Shown: positions 34,420 to 47,826, counted from the first letter of the stretch. The stretch is 64,000 nucleotides of DNA from Guillardia theta CCMP2712 (GCF_000315625.1 NW_005434553.1:97170-161169); one strand, 5' to 3'. The notes: generated by a model not told the origin, from the sequence alone. A program made the numbers and translations.

Positions 34420-34900
34420 AGGATCCGGCGGGTCCGGACTCTGGTCCGACGGTGCCGGTCAGTGAAGGCCCGGGCAGTAATGCCGGGGCCGAACTTGCTT
34501 CGTCGGAAGGCACGGCCTAACGGGCCGGAGGCTGGAGCTACCGATCTTGCGGGCAGCGGGCCGCGGCAGGGTACTACGCCGGGCGGGCCGACTCGGAGCT
34601 CCGGGCCCGAGACTCAACTCACTTGACTCTTGAAGCCAAGTTGTCATGATGGGCCCGAGACATCAATACGCTTCCGGGCAGTTTAACCGTTTAACGGTCG
34701 AAGTCACACTTGAGTCAGTGACTGCTATGGTGAGGGAGGGAGGGAGGGAGGGAGGGAGGGGAGGGGAGGCCTGAGGGAGGGAGGACTCAGTCCGAAGTTC
34801 GTTGGCGGCATAGGGTCCCTCACATGATCTCAGTCGCACTCCGGCGAGGCTGCTGAGCCAGTGCCGAAGCTCCCGATCAAGCAAACGGCTCCGCTTGCAA
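34420..34900. promoter_or_regulatory. GC micro-palindrome island between divergent genes
   Basis: GGCCCGGG, GGGCCGCGG, CGGAGCTCCG, AACCGTTTAACGGT, GAGTCAGTGACT hairpins. Confidence 0.5.
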
Positions 34901-35000
34901 CGACATGGGCGGGGGACATCGACACCTTCACCTCTCCTCAGGTCTGCTACGAGTGACTCCCGGGCCTGACCCTCTGCTGTCGGTCATGCTGATCGCCTTC

Positions 35001-37697
35001 ATGGCAGACGAACTTTTGGTGCCCCTCGTGCTGCCACCTGTACGCCCTGAGGCAGTCGGACGCGGAGAAGGAGAAGGCGCATGGCTCCCCCGGCACTCTT
35101 GTAAGTCGCTGAGAGACAATGAAGGAGCCACGTGCTGTTCTCACTGCCGTGAGAAATTGGACAAGTTGAGATGTTGTTTGCAAGCCTTTCAGCCTGTTTG
35201 TGTTCTTGTCTTCACTCGTTCTACGATGTCTGCGTTTCTAACATTCAAGCTGTCCACTTTGCCTTGCGCATTTTTGCAAGGAAACTATTCCTCCCTTGTG
35301 TTGTCTTGTGTTGTGTCATCTCCTCTCCTCTCCTCTCCTCTCCTTTCCTCTCCTCTCCTCTCCTCTGTTTCCACCCTCTCCTTTGACTCGGCTCCCTCGC
35401 AGGATCTACTGGCTTACAGCGGCTCTCTTCATCCTCAGAGGATGCTCTTTGTGCAGGTGCGTCTCCTGCTGGGGTTGGAGGGTCCTAACGGCACCTCTCA
35501 GGGGCGGAAGGAGTTCTACAGGGAGCACGTGGCAGTGTGTAAAGTTCTAATGCATCAGGAGCTCGAGGTTGTTGAGGGGATGGTGTTTGAAGGAGGAGGA
35601 GGAGGAGGAGGAGGAGGAGGGAGGGAGGGAGGTAGGAGGAAGGAGGTAGGAGGGAGGGAGGGAGGTAGGAGAAGGAGGAGGAGGGAGGTAGGAGAAGGAG
35701 GAGGAGGGAGGAGGAGAGAGAGGAGGAGGAGGGAGGAGGAGGAGAGGAGGAGGAGGAGGAGGAGGAGGAGGAGGAGGAGGAGGAGGAGGAGGAGGAGGAG
35801 GAGGAGGAGGGAGCAGAGATAGCAAGAGGAACGGAAGGAGGAAGGAGAGGGAGGGAGAGGGAGATTGAGTCTAATGATGGTTTGACAGGGCGATGGAGAG
35901 GAAGAGGCAGGAGGANNNNNNNNNNNNNNNNNNNNNNNNNNNNNNNNNNNNNNNNNNNNNNNNNNNNNNNNNNNNNNNNNNNNNNNNNNNNNNNNNNNNN
36001 NNNNNNNNNNNNNNNNNNNNNNNNNNNNNNNNNNNNNNNNNNNNNNNNNNNNNNNNNNNNNNNNNNNNNNNNNNNNNNNNNNNNNNNNNNNNNNNNNNNN
36101 NNNNNNNNNNNNNNNNNNNNNNNNNNNNNNNNNNNNNNNNNNNNNNNNNNNNNNNNNNNNNNNNNNNNNNNNNNNNNNNNNNNNNNNNNNNNNNNNNNNN
36201 NNNNNNNNNNNNNNNNNNNNNNNNNNNNNNNNNNNNNNNNNNNNNNNNNNNNNNNNNNNNNNNNNNNNNNNNNNNNNNNNNNNNNNNNNNNNNNNNNNNN
36301 NNNNNNNNNNNNNNNNNNNNNNNNNNNNNNNNNNNNNNNNNNNNNNNNNNNNNNNNNNNNNNNNNNNNNNNNNNNNNNNNNNNNNNNNNNNNNNNNNNNN
36401 NNNNNNNNNNNNNNNNNNNNNNNNNNNNNNNNNNNNNNNNNNNNNNNNNNNNNNNNNNNNNNNNNNNNNNNNNNNNNNNNNNNNNNNNNNNNNNNNNNNN
36501 NNNNNNNNNNNNNNNNNNNNNNNNNNNNNNNNNNNNNNNNNNNNNNNNNNNNNNNNNNNNNNNNNNNNNNNNNNNNNNNNNNNNNNNNNNNNNNNNNNNN
36601 NNNNNNNNNNNNNNNNNNNNNNNNNNNNNNNNNNNNNNNNNNNNNNNNNNNNNNNNNNNNNNNNNNNNNNNNNNNNNNNNNNNNNNNNNNGTTTCCTTCC
36701 TCCTCCTCCTCCTCCTCTTGCTCCTCCTGCCTCCTCCTCCTCCACCTCCCCCCTCCTCCTCCTCCTCTTGCTCACCCTGCTTGTCCCCAGCGCGCCCTTT
36801 CCTCGTTGTGCAGTCTGAAACCTCTCACCTCGCTTCTTCCGCCTCCTGTCCTCTCCACTCTGCCCTCGATGCTCATTCAGCTCCTCAGAGGGCAACGTAC
36901 GAAAGGTGGATAGAGGCTGAAACGGGAGATCCTGGTGAGAACAAACTGCTATGAGGCGATTGCTCATTGTTTATTGATCAGCGATCAACACGCCAAAGAG
37001 CTTCTGCTTATCCAACAGAGACAACGCTGTGAGATACTCTCCTCCTCCTCCTCCTCCTCCTCCTCCTCCTCCTCTCTACTTCTCAATGTGCCTGTGCCTG
37101 CCCCTCCACCTGCCCCCTCCGTCCCCCTCTTCCCCCTCCCTCCCTCCCTCCCTCCCTCCCTCTCCCTCCCTCCCTCGCTTTTCTTCTACCTCTCCCCTCC
37201 TCTTTCCCCCTCTCTCCCGCATTACTTCTCCTTCTCCCTCAAGCTCCTCACGATCGTTGGCAGGCAGCCATCCACTCAGCCAACTCTGTAGGACTTGTGG
37301 TGTCCTCTTGCTCCTACTTCCCTGACTCTCTCGTTCCAGAGGCGATCGAGCCTGGTCGAGCAGCAGGCGACTTCGAGGATGCTTACTCCCAGACGGGTGA
37401 TGTCAGATCCTTGCTGTCCTCCTCTTCTTTCCTCCCCCCTGGTGCGAGCGTTCGATTTGTTGAGTTCGCTCTGCCGCCTGCACTGATTTCTGGCGATATC
37501 TATTTCTTATCTTGCTCACTCTTTCACTCCCTGTCTTCTTATTCCTTCTCTCTTCTTTCGTTCTCCTCCTCCTCTTTCTCTCTTCCTCTCTCTGCATTGT
37601 CGTTGACGAAGGTTCAGGCAAGCGTCGGCATCGATTGGAAACTTGTGCACATGAACTACTTACAGGTCTGACAGATTGATGAGAAGAGAAAGCGAAA

Positions 37698-37756
<59 letters not shown>

Positions 37757-38050
37757 CCCTCCTCCCTATCCCTCCCCTTCTCCCGCTGCTCCTGCTCCTG
37801 CTGCTGCCGCTCCGGAGGCTCACCTTTCTCTAGACCCTTTGTCTACCTCGCCTTCCTGCCTCTGCTCTCTCGTGCTTGTGGCCTCATCCTCCTGCTCACT
37901 GAATGGAGCTGCAGTTTGAACCTCCTCACGATAATGTTGGACGACGGTTGTCCACCACCAAAGTCGATTCTTTTCCAGGAGCGGCAGCGGCAGGAGGAGG
38001 AGGAGGAAAGAAGAAAATCACTTTCGGATGAGAAGAGAGAAGAGCATTGA
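35001..38050 (+). CDS. Uncharacterised multi-exon protein
   Basis: Plausible spliced exons (MADELLVPLVLPP; CCSHCREKLDKLRCC; DLLAYSGSLHPQRMLFVQ; GRKEFYREHVAVCKVLMHQE; ASVGIDWKLVHMNYLQ) separated by SSR-rich introns; no family recognised. Confidence 0.4.
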
Positions 38051-38208
38051 TGTAGGACGGCAAGTTGGGGAAGAAGAGGTGTCGAGGCTGGGAACTGAGC
38101 ATAATGAAGGGGAAAAATGGAGATGGAGGAGGAGACGGATAGATGGATAGAGGGAGGGAGGGAGGAGGAGAATGATGACGATGATGATGATGATGATGCT
38201 GATGACGA

Positions 38209-38240
<32 letters not shown>

Positions 38241-38268
38241 ATGATGACGATGACGATGATGGTGATGG

Positions 38269-38304
<36 letters not shown>

Positions 38305-38445
38305 CGAAGATGTTGAGGAGGAGGACGCGAGCATCTTTGTCTCATGTATTCACGTTCGCTGTAAGATTGATGAACGAGCTGGGGATGGAGTTAACGCGCC
38401 CAGCTGTAAATTCGGGCCAGGAGGGGAAGGAGGTATGGGAGGAGC

Positions 38446-41400
38446 TCAGTGGATCATGCAGTGCCACAAACTGGCGGCGAAGAACAGCTGGAGGAGGGCG
38501 TGAGCTGAGCGCTGAGCTGGGCCGAGGTTGAAGTCCCTGCAGATCTTCTGGGTGAGAAAGTAGGTGAAGGGCAGGCCGAAGAGGATGAAGCCTCCCTGCA
38601 CAAACTCCACCACGTGCTCGTCGGCCACTACGTAGGGCAGCCAGTCCTGCATGGAGGGGTTGAGCCCGAAAGTGCTCACGGCGCGGGGGAGGATAGTCCC
38701 TCCCTCCTCTAGCGCTCGGCTGATCCAGAACGCGATGTTGCAGGTCCAGACCATGGGCAGGTAGCCGTATGCCACGTGGACCAGCTGGTTGAACGGATCG
38801 CTGCTGCTGCTGCTGCTGCTGCCGTCCTCTCCCTCCTGCGCCCTCGCTGCCTCCATCAGGGTCTCCTGCACTGACGGGCGGGGAGGAGGAGCCTGTCGGA
38901 GGGTCGCGGTACCTCCTGCCGCCATGGCGAAGGCGTCAACGTCGTTCCTTCGCAGAGCGTCTGTGAGCATGACGTCCTGTACCTGTGCTGGGAACAGCCT
39001 CTTGACAACCTCCGACGCATCCAGCTTCCTGCCCAGCTGGTCCGCTCCGAAGAGGAGAGCTCCGGGGAAGAGGAGGAGGAGGAGAGTAACAAGGCTGTGC
39101 ATGGCGAAGTCCAGCCCGTCTCCGAACTGGGAGGAGGCGATGGACGAGTCGCCCAGCCCGACGTCTGAGAGGATGAGGGGGATGAAGTGAACGTAGACGG
39201 CACCCTGGAGGAGGAAGAGGAGGGCAGCTTGCCATGGGTTGGTCTTGTACTTGGCGGGAACCTCCGTGCCGGGGATGGGGAGGAGGAAGGGGATTCCGAA
39301 GTCGATGCCTGGAGGACGGAGATTGAACTCGGGGGACCCTTTCTCGCAAGACTTCACGCAGCGGAAGCACATGACACACTGCCAAAGACATGAGGAGGAG
39401 GGAGGGAGGGAGGGAACGGAAGGAAGGTAGAGGAATCATTCAGAGAAGATGGTAGGGCACGGTGAAGGGGATGAAAGGGAGGCGGTAAAAGGAGGAGGAG
39501 GAGGAGGAGGAGGAGGAGGAGGAAGCAATTGTTCTCACATCAGCATTGTCGGCGAGCTTGTTGGGCTGCAACCAAATCAGTCAGCCTCTCATCTCATCCC
39601 CTCCTCGTCTCTCCCCCCCCCCTCCCTTAACTTTCCCCCCCCTGCTCTTGCTCCTGCTCCTGCTCCTACTGTAGCTCCTCGTCTTCCCACTCTCTCCTCC
39701 TCGCCCCCCCTCCTCACCGAGCTGTCTAGTGGGCATCCTGCCCCGGGCAGGTTGTTGTCGACCGGGTTGCCCTGGATGCAGTTCTGCGCAGTGCAGCCGG
39801 AGCAGACTCCCTTCCATGACCTGATCTCCAGCAGGGCCATCTTGCTGTACAGCCCGTTCATGGCGCCGATGGGGCAGAAATGGCGGCACCATATCCTCTT
39901 CTCAAAGCTCAGGGATCCAACCACAGCTCCGGACGTGATAAGCACCAGAAGCCAGGCCGACAGGCTCCCGTTGTCCGGCAGGTTCCACAGTTCCTCCCAC
40001 ATGAGGATCGCGGCGAACAAGCCGTAGGCGAACGGGGGCCCCCACTTCTTGGCGCTGCTCGGCCATTCTCCCAGCTTCCCTCCCAGCGACTTCTTGGCTG
40101 CCTGTACCAGCTCCCCGCATGCCATGAAGGGGCAGACAGCGCACCAGACTCTGCTGAAGAGAGGGTAGGAGAGAAGGGCCCCAGGCCACCACCATGTCCA
40201 GAAGACGGTAAGTGCGGCGTTTTCGTCCCGCGTCTGAGGGCCGAGCCAGAGGATGGCGAGGACGAGGGCGAAGGAGGGAGGGACGACGTACTTCATGAAG
40301 TCGTCGAAGACCCAAGGGGAGCGCGTGATGGCCTGGAGGGACTGGAACTTGGAGAGGAGGTTGTACCGCAGGAACTCAGTGTTGTAGTGCGAGGTGGAGG
40401 TGATGGCGTGCTCGGCCGTGATCTTCCAGGGGATGTAGGGATGCTCGGACCGGTCGTTCTCGAAGAGGTACACCGCCCTCTCCAGCACTGAGCCCAGCTC
40501 CCTCAGGTTCCCGGGCCAGGAGTACGTCTTGAGCCGGTGCATGGCCTCCGGGGAGAAGGAGATGTGAGGGAGGCCGCGTCGTCGAACGATCCTCTGCAAC
40601 TTTGCGTTGGCGATCATATCGATGTCTGCGGATCTCCCCCGGAGCGAAGGCACAGCGATCTGGAGCAACTCGTTGGACTTGAAGCGGTCGTCGTCCTGGT
40701 CGATTGTGGCGATCAGTCTCGCATGACAGACCCGCTCTTCGCCATGGAACCGGCTGAAGTACTTCTTCGTCTCCAGAAGGTGTAGGAACTCCCGGGCTTC
40801 CTCCTCAGTCTTGAGGAGCTTGTCAAAGTTGGCAAAGGACAGCGCGTGCCTAGTCTCAGCAACGTTGTCGAGGACTCCCGGATACTCTGCCGTGCCGAAG
40901 ATCTCAGTGAAGGTCGAAGAAGTCCCCGATATCCTGTAGAGGTGATGTGCCTTCTGCTTGTCTCCCAGCTCGTGGACGAAGGTGCTTACTGAGTCCTTCT
41001 CTAGCCCGCTCTCCCCGACGATGATCACAGACCGAGCCTTGGGATCGCTGGCCGCTTTCCTTACATCCATCCTCAGCTTCTTGGAGCGCTTGCTGCGGCC
41101 CGCAAACACCGGGAAGCAGCCGTGCCAAGTCGTCAATGTCATGTACTTGTCAAGCCCAGCTACCCTGACTGGTTCGCGGATGGTGGTGGAGCTGGAGGAG
41201 AAGGTCATTCCGCTCTTTCGTATCCTCTTAGTAGAGTCCAGCATCTCGTCGATCCCGCAGAGATCTGAAAGAAGCACGTCATCCCGTCGCACCTCACAAC
41301 ACCTTCACCCCACCTGCCTCCACTTGCTTCGGCTTCGGCTTGGCAGCAGGAAATACCTCATTGGGCTCAATACCATCGAACAGATCGGAGGCAGTGAGAG

Positions 41401-41572
41401 TCAGGATCGACGGGCGCCTGTTTCTCATCCCATCCTGGTGGAGGAGATTCTGGTGGCGACAGGCGCGAACGGAAGGAGAGAATGGCCGAGGCGAAAGCGG
41501 CAGACGTGAATGCAAGAAGGCGGTACCACTAGATGCTAAGCTGACAAGGCCAAGCAGCACGATTAGCGGCAT
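38446..41572 (-). CDS. Plastid-targeted fusion of a sigma54-activator-like (NtrC-type) AAA+ domain and a polytopic membrane 4Fe-4S (NapH/YccM-like) domain
   Basis: Signal MPLIVLLGLVSLASSGTA-F; VIIVGESGLEKD; ARLIAT; VPSLRGRSADI; YSWPGNLRELGSVLERAV; RVWCAVCPF; RIWCRHFCPIG; spliced GCPLDSS/PNKLADNAD/CVMCFRCVKSC (CxxCxxCxxxC); many hydrophobic helices. Confidence 0.88.
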
Positions 41573-41667
41573 ACTGATACCAGCGGCGAAGATGTCAACT
41601 GCAAGATGGACGGAAGACAAGAGGGAGAAACAGAGATGGTGAGGAGAGGGGAGGGGAAGGAGAGGAG

Positions 41668-41704
<37 letters not shown>

Positions 41705-44583
41705 GAGGAGGAGGAGGAGGAGGAGATCAAGGAGAAAGAGGAGAAGGAGAAGGAGAAGGAGAAGAAGGAAATAAAGAAGAAAAAGTCAAACACAGCATGA
41801 TTTGAAAAAAAAAGAGCAATCAAAACGACTGAGAGACTTGAACCTAGTAACTTCGAACTAATGGTCTAGATCAAAATGGTAAACTTCTTCACATACCGAC
41901 CTCCATGCCCCCTGCCTCGGAGATGATCACAAACATTTCGAATGGCTTGATTTATGACATGCCATTCTCCTGTAAGAGAACACGTACGCATGGAGCAATT
42001 TGTAACCTCGTGTCGTGTTGCTTCTCAGAATGAATCTTCGCACTTACCCCATCGATCTTCTAAATTCATATTTCTGATCCTAATCTTGGACTCCTCTCCT
42101 CTCCTCTCCTCTTCTCTCCTCTCCTCTCAAATTTTCCTCCCCCCCTCTCCCCTCCCCTTCCCGCCTCCTTCCATCTTCCTTTCCCCTTCCTTTGCTCTTG
42201 CATGGCCAGTCGTCGCATTGTAGAGCTCTATTAGGAAGGCAAACCTTGTCAAGAAAAAGAGAATTGAATTGATGGCTGTTATTTTCAAATTTACATCAAG
42301 ATAATTTTAAATTTGTCAGTGATAGTAGGGTATAACCAAAAGTTTTAAACATAAATTATATTTTTTCTTGGTACTCAATTGAGTACGAAGATTTTTACCA
42401 GTACACCAAAGACAATTTTTCAACAATATTATATATCATGGCCTCGAAGGGACTCGGGGTTGCAGCCCTTTTCAAACTTTCAAATCGGAATATCACAATC
42501 AAATTTGAACATAATAGATCACAATTTCAATATGCATACAGGCTCAACTATCGAAAGTGCTTCTTTTAGGCGAAATGCACCTGTAACATTTCAAAAGCAA
42601 TGAAACCTGTTCTCGGGAAATTGACATCTTCAGATATCTAGCTGGTGCATCCGGCTTTGCTATGTTCTGAACGTTATCACACCTAACTATTTATCGAGGT
42701 GTTTTAAGGGGTACTCGAACGAAAAAGCTACAAAATGCCAACCAAACACACATACATCGTCTCCTTTAAAACATAATTATCTTCATACAAATTTAAAACA
42801 CTTCTGGTGTTTATAACCTCCATGAAGTTTTAAAAAAGTCGGTACAGGTGTGGCTGACGGATTGCTGACATAGCTGGCTATACGGTCATCCATCTATCTC
42901 GGATCACGCGTCTGTGCCGCGGCCCGCCGGCAGAACTTATTTAAAGAGCTGCTATCGGAGTCGGCGGCTGGTACTGCGTTTGTACCGGTAATTATAAAAT
43001 GGTACCTGGAAATACCCGATTTGATACAAAGATGTTCCTGAATAATTTGTTCTTTGGTTTATTGTATAGAAATATACTTTTAAAAAATAGTATTTGGTAC
43101 CTTTCCTTCTCGGTGATTCTGGAAGGATGGTACATTTTTTCCACATTTCTACAGCTTGTATTCAACCACTTTGGTAGTGCTATTTCTGGTCTGGTACAAT
43201 CCCCTCACTTATAGAGTAATAAGTTAAAACTCAGATATTTTTCCATGGTCATTTCTCTACCGCGGTCCTCCTTATGACTACCACATCGCGTTTGTACAGG
43301 TATTACAGTTATAAAGATTATAACATTATTAAAAAGTAAAAACTGTACCACTGGTACTAATGGCGGTAGTCAAACGTAGGGTCAAATTTGACCAGGTCGA
43401 AAAATGGCACACAGATCCGATGTGGCGAGGACGAGGACGACAGGGAGAGAGGAGAAGTGGGCGCATGCCAGATGAGAGGTCCAGATCAGGGAGAGAACAT
43501 CAGATAGGGCAAGGCAGGATAGGTTGGTGAAGGTTAAGAGGAATAGCAGGCAGATACTTTAACGGAGGAGGTTGAGAGGAATAGCAGGCAGATACAACAA
43601 AGTTGTGTCATCGGTCTTTCCACCGGCGAACAAGGCAGCAAGAGCTGAGCGATGAAGAATTTGTAAGAGAGGTATTGTGCGATTCAAATGAACAAGACAA
43701 AGCAGACATTATTAAGTTGGAAGCATGATGATTGTAGTTCCCAACTGCTTCAACCTGATGATATGAAGCTAAATCGCGGTTGTTGTAGCCCTCAGCCCTA
43801 GTAGTGGTCCCTGAAATTCTGTTGTTTGGCGCATCTCTTATATGTTGGTTCCCGAATCATTATGGCTTAAATCTTACTATCCATATAGCCATGGGCATGT
43901 TTTCGGCGATCCGGAGGTTTGCTTCGCTGGTGTGTATCATGCTTTCTCTTGCCCTCTTTTGCTGCTGAATTTAGGCTGCAGGAAGAATGTACGGTGATCG
44001 ACAAGAGGGATGGACATCCTCTCAGAGGTTACGAATGGTACATGCCTTGATCACTTGCTCTTATCGTCCGTGGTGATGCTTGTCCTTGCTATCCAGGTTT
44101 TCAAAGTGCCCTGTACACATAACGTGTGGCTGCGATCACAACCCCACCACGATGAGATCTAACATGTCCGCAGGGTCACTTGCCCGGCCAATGAGTATCC
44201 TATTCTTCCATCTCAGGTGCGGAGGAAGATCAATCGGCGAATCTGTTCGACTGCTAACCGTTGAACAGCAATGTGGCGTGATCGGGCCCATTGCATGGGA
44301 CACCGTCCAAGACGTAAATGCAACCTCCTGTTGTTGAGGATCAATTATTGAGATTGTTCTTTTTGTTTGTTTGCAGGCTGCTGAAGACAGGGTTTCTGGA
44401 TAGATGTTTTAAAACATTAAGGTAGGCAATGCCATGCAAGGAGCAGAAACATGCAGGAATGATCTTAGTTTTATCAACTATTGTAGAACTTTTATACACA
44501 GCAAGGAACCAGGATTCCTCAAGAAAAAAGCTGAAAAGCGTGTTACGTGTTATTGGCTACGGATTGTATCGCACCCTCATCCT

Positions 44584-45255
44584 TCAAAGTGCCGTCCCCA
44601 CCAGAGGCTGCAGCCTTGCTACGCAAGCAAACGCGTCATTCTTCTTGAAGTACTTCTGTGCATGCGATCGGACTTGAGATACACTCCTTGTCTTGACGGC
44701 CAAGGCGATGAGCTCTGCAACCCCTGGGCCCAACTTGACACCCGAGTTCGGCTTCTTGGGTCCGAACTTTGCCAATGCGTCCAGGAATGCATTATGTTCG
44801 TCCTCACTCCAATGCCCCGTCTTATACAAGGAGATCGTTTGAGCCTGTTCTGATTGTGTCCTTTTGCAATTCTGGGGTGATGACGAGTTGGCTTCAACAG
44901 GGGATATGGAATTTAGTCCATCCTCCGATTGCATATCAGTACACTCATCCTCGAAGTAAACATCCAAGAAGTCGAAGGTGTTTTCATCCTGAAACGGATC
45001 GTTGCAAACTTTCTGGCGAGAATAAGCAAAGGGCGCCTTCGGATTGTACAAAGCATCGATTGCATCATCCACTGATGTATCGAACCAACTCGAGTGGTCA
45101 AAATCACAGGATACGACTGACTTAAGATTGGTTTTGCGCCTCAAGTCGCGTCCATCGATGTCTGAGAATAGGCTTTGTGTATCATAATGATGTTCCGAGT
45201 CGAGGGTGATTTGGATGTCTCTTGCACGGAGATTGTTGGCTTCCATTTCAGTCAA
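44584..45255 (-). CDS. Myb-related SHAQKYF-class transcription factor, intronless
   Basis: GHWSEDEHNAFLDALAKFG...IALAVKTRSVSQVRSHAQKYF. Confidence 0.93.
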   Translation of the reverse strand: MTEMEANNLRARDIQITLDSEHHYDTQSLFSDIDGRDLRRKTNLKSVVSCDFDHSSWFDTSVDDAIDALYNPKAPFAYSRQKVCNDPFQDENTFDFLDVYFEDECTDMQSEDGLNSISPVEANSSSPQNCKRTQSEQAQTISLYKTGHWSEDEHNAFLDALAKFGPKKPNSGVKLGPGVAELIALAVKTRSVSQVRSHAQKYFKKNDAFACVARLQPLVGTAL

Positions 45256-45699
45256 GCAGCAGTTTCGATTGCTTCCAGGGTTCCAGTGTTGTGGGAGGAT
45301 AACGGATGGTGAAGAATGTCCTGCAGTCTTGTGCGTGTGTGTGAGGCAGCAGGAAGCAGGTGGGAGGGGCCGTGTGGTTGAGAAACTTGTGTCGGGGGTT
45401 GTGGAAAGGGGACTGAGGAAAGGAATACGTGGGGCGCCGTCCAGGTGCCGGGGGCGAAAAGGGAATGCGGGGAGGGGGGGCTGTATAAAACTTTGTATAG
45501 AAATCTAAATAACAATGCCACGTTTTATACGATTGTACCCCTATCATAGACCGCAGAAAAGGGGGTGATGAGGCGGATCCGCAAGCAGGGGTGCCAACTT
45601 TACTCCTCAGCTTCTCCAAAAAGATTTTTTTCGGTCAGCATCTCTCCGTCCCATAGTTATCGAAAGAGCTCGATTTCGTTTCTATTTCAGTTTGAGTTT

Positions 45700-47000
45700 T
45701 CGTCCCCGGAAATGAGACCCGTACCACCCCCTGTCGACCTCCACCCCTGATTCATGCCCCACCCACCCACCGTAAAGTTTCAAGCACGGGTTCTTTAAAA
45801 CCTGGGGTGATTTCAGGGAACCAGAAAGGGTAGGGGTACTTGAAGGGGGTGACAGGGGTACGTGGGGCTGGGGTTGGAGAATCCAAGAAGACGCTTCCGT
45901 GGGTGGCGACATCCCAATTGTTGAATTGCACAATTGGAAAAAATTGTGTCTCATTTCATCCCTCAAATTCCTTGACTTGATTTCAAATATCAAAAAAATA
46001 TTTGTGGATACTCCATAAATTAGTTTTAGCATTGTTGATGCACGTTCCCTAAAACGCGTTTAATAAAAGTACGCATAAACCATAAAAAAACAAAATCTCA
46101 CACATAAAAATACTTCATCTCGGTGATCTTTGCGTTTTTTAATGTCAATTTCGATGCTTTAACCACATTTCCGAGGTAGGGTATTGGTGTAGTAAAAGAA
46201 GCCGAAGCAGTCACATGATAGTGGGGTTTCAAATCGTCTCTTTTCCAATCCTGCTGACGGCCTCGCTTTTAAGAGTCCCAGGTCTGTGGGGGGAAGTGGT
46301 CCAATCCCGGTCGTCACGCCCCGGGCCTGCAGAATGCCCCATTTTCCCGAGCCGCCGCCTGCGTGACGGAACCGGGGAGTTATGGGAGTACTTCACCAGG
46401 TTTGCCCTTCTTTTTCAGTCAATAACGACTTCACCGCACCGGTCTCAGAGTCATGTCACTGGCTGCGTAATCATGGACACGTTGAAGCCCTTCTTCGGTG
46501 TCAGGGTCCTTGACACCCGTGTCACGGTGCCAGTACCGCCGGTACGGTGATACGGTATTCACCGTGGCACTGCAGTGCTCACGGTACGCAAGTTTACTCC
46601 CGGACTCACGAGTCACCGAGTCAGCGGCGAACTTCAAGGCTTCCAGCGAAACCTCGGTTCCGCGGTCCGGCCCGCCCGGCGCCCGGCCCGCCGGGGGCCG
46701 GGCCGGGCCCTCGTCACGGCGTGTACCGTAGTACGGTCACAGCCGGGCTGAGTCGGCCCGCCGGGCCGGGCCGACTGAGGGCCCGGGCCGCCCGCCGGGC
46801 CGGCGCGGCCGGAGCGGCGGCCGCGGCCGCGCGGCGCCGCGGCACGGCGGCCCGGGCCGCGAACCGTTGAACGGCCGTCCGACTCAGGCTGCCGCAGTGC
46901 CTGGCCGACGGTACCCCTGGCAGGCTAACTTCAATGGAAAATAATTCAATACTCAAAGTTAGTGACTCAGTGACTTGGCAAGTTGTTCAGTGACAGTACT
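45700..47000. promoter_or_regulatory. Layered island upstream of Myb (ACCCC/GGGGT flank; GC core ~46650-46900)
   Basis: Core CCGGGCCGGCGCGGCCGGAGCGGCGGCCGCGGCCGCGCGG; hairpins AACCGTTGAACGG and GTACCGTAGTACGGT. Confidence 0.55.
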
Positions 47001-47826
47001 ATCGGATACCCGGCGCACCGTAGGTGGGCCTAGCTTATGGCGACTCTGCTCTCGCCGACTCAGTCCTAGCAGACAGTGGCAGATAGCAGCACTGCATCGA
47101 TGCAGCCTCCTCTTCACCTATGATCGGTCATCAATGTGCCGCTCACCGTCACACAACTTCGGAAGCGCGAACTTGGTGTGGCGTCAAGAGCTGGATGCGC
47201 GCTACTAGTTTGATGTTTGTTGTCCGATTCAAGACGATTGAATAGCTTGAAACAATATCAAATTACTGTCGGAAGCTTCTGTAAAATGAAGCTTCTGTTA
47301 ATGATTTGTTTTCGATTCTTCTTGTGGTGATCTCGGAAACTTAGCAAAGGTGATCTCAGAAACTTAGCAAGCGCAAGCTCATGTTGAAATCAATTCTAAT
47401 TTGAAGTGAAAGACGTGTATCAAAACTCCATGCCCATTGGTTTGTTGCAATGTAAAGTTTTCTCTTTGTAAACAGAATTCGTTTCAATTTATGAAGGAGA
47501 AAACCTCAGAATAGACTCAAACCCTGTCACGTAACATGTACCATGGCTACAGTTTGATTATGTTACAATTGGTGAATATTCTAGAAGCATCTCTATACAA
47601 TGAAGGACTCGTGCTCTGCTTTGTTATGATTACGAGAATGCCTCACGTAACGTCATACCCAAAGTTGCACTTTCTGGTTTGTAGTTCTGTATCATGCGGC
47701 TAGAAGACCAAAAACGCTTTTGCAAATGTTCGATAATCACTCGAATGGCTGACACGTTTATCGTGCAATTCAAGTTGGTAAGAGCTTATCTTTACTGTAC
47801 ACCAATACATCTGTATCAAACATTTC

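Noticed and set aside
32261-38531. Long ORFs with poly-M/P/D/H tracts or X runs
   Set aside because: Products of trinucleotide microsatellites and N gaps.
43404-44420. Possible small spliced gene on the + strand
   Set aside because: Some exon-like fragments exist, but no consistent frame or family could be established by eye.
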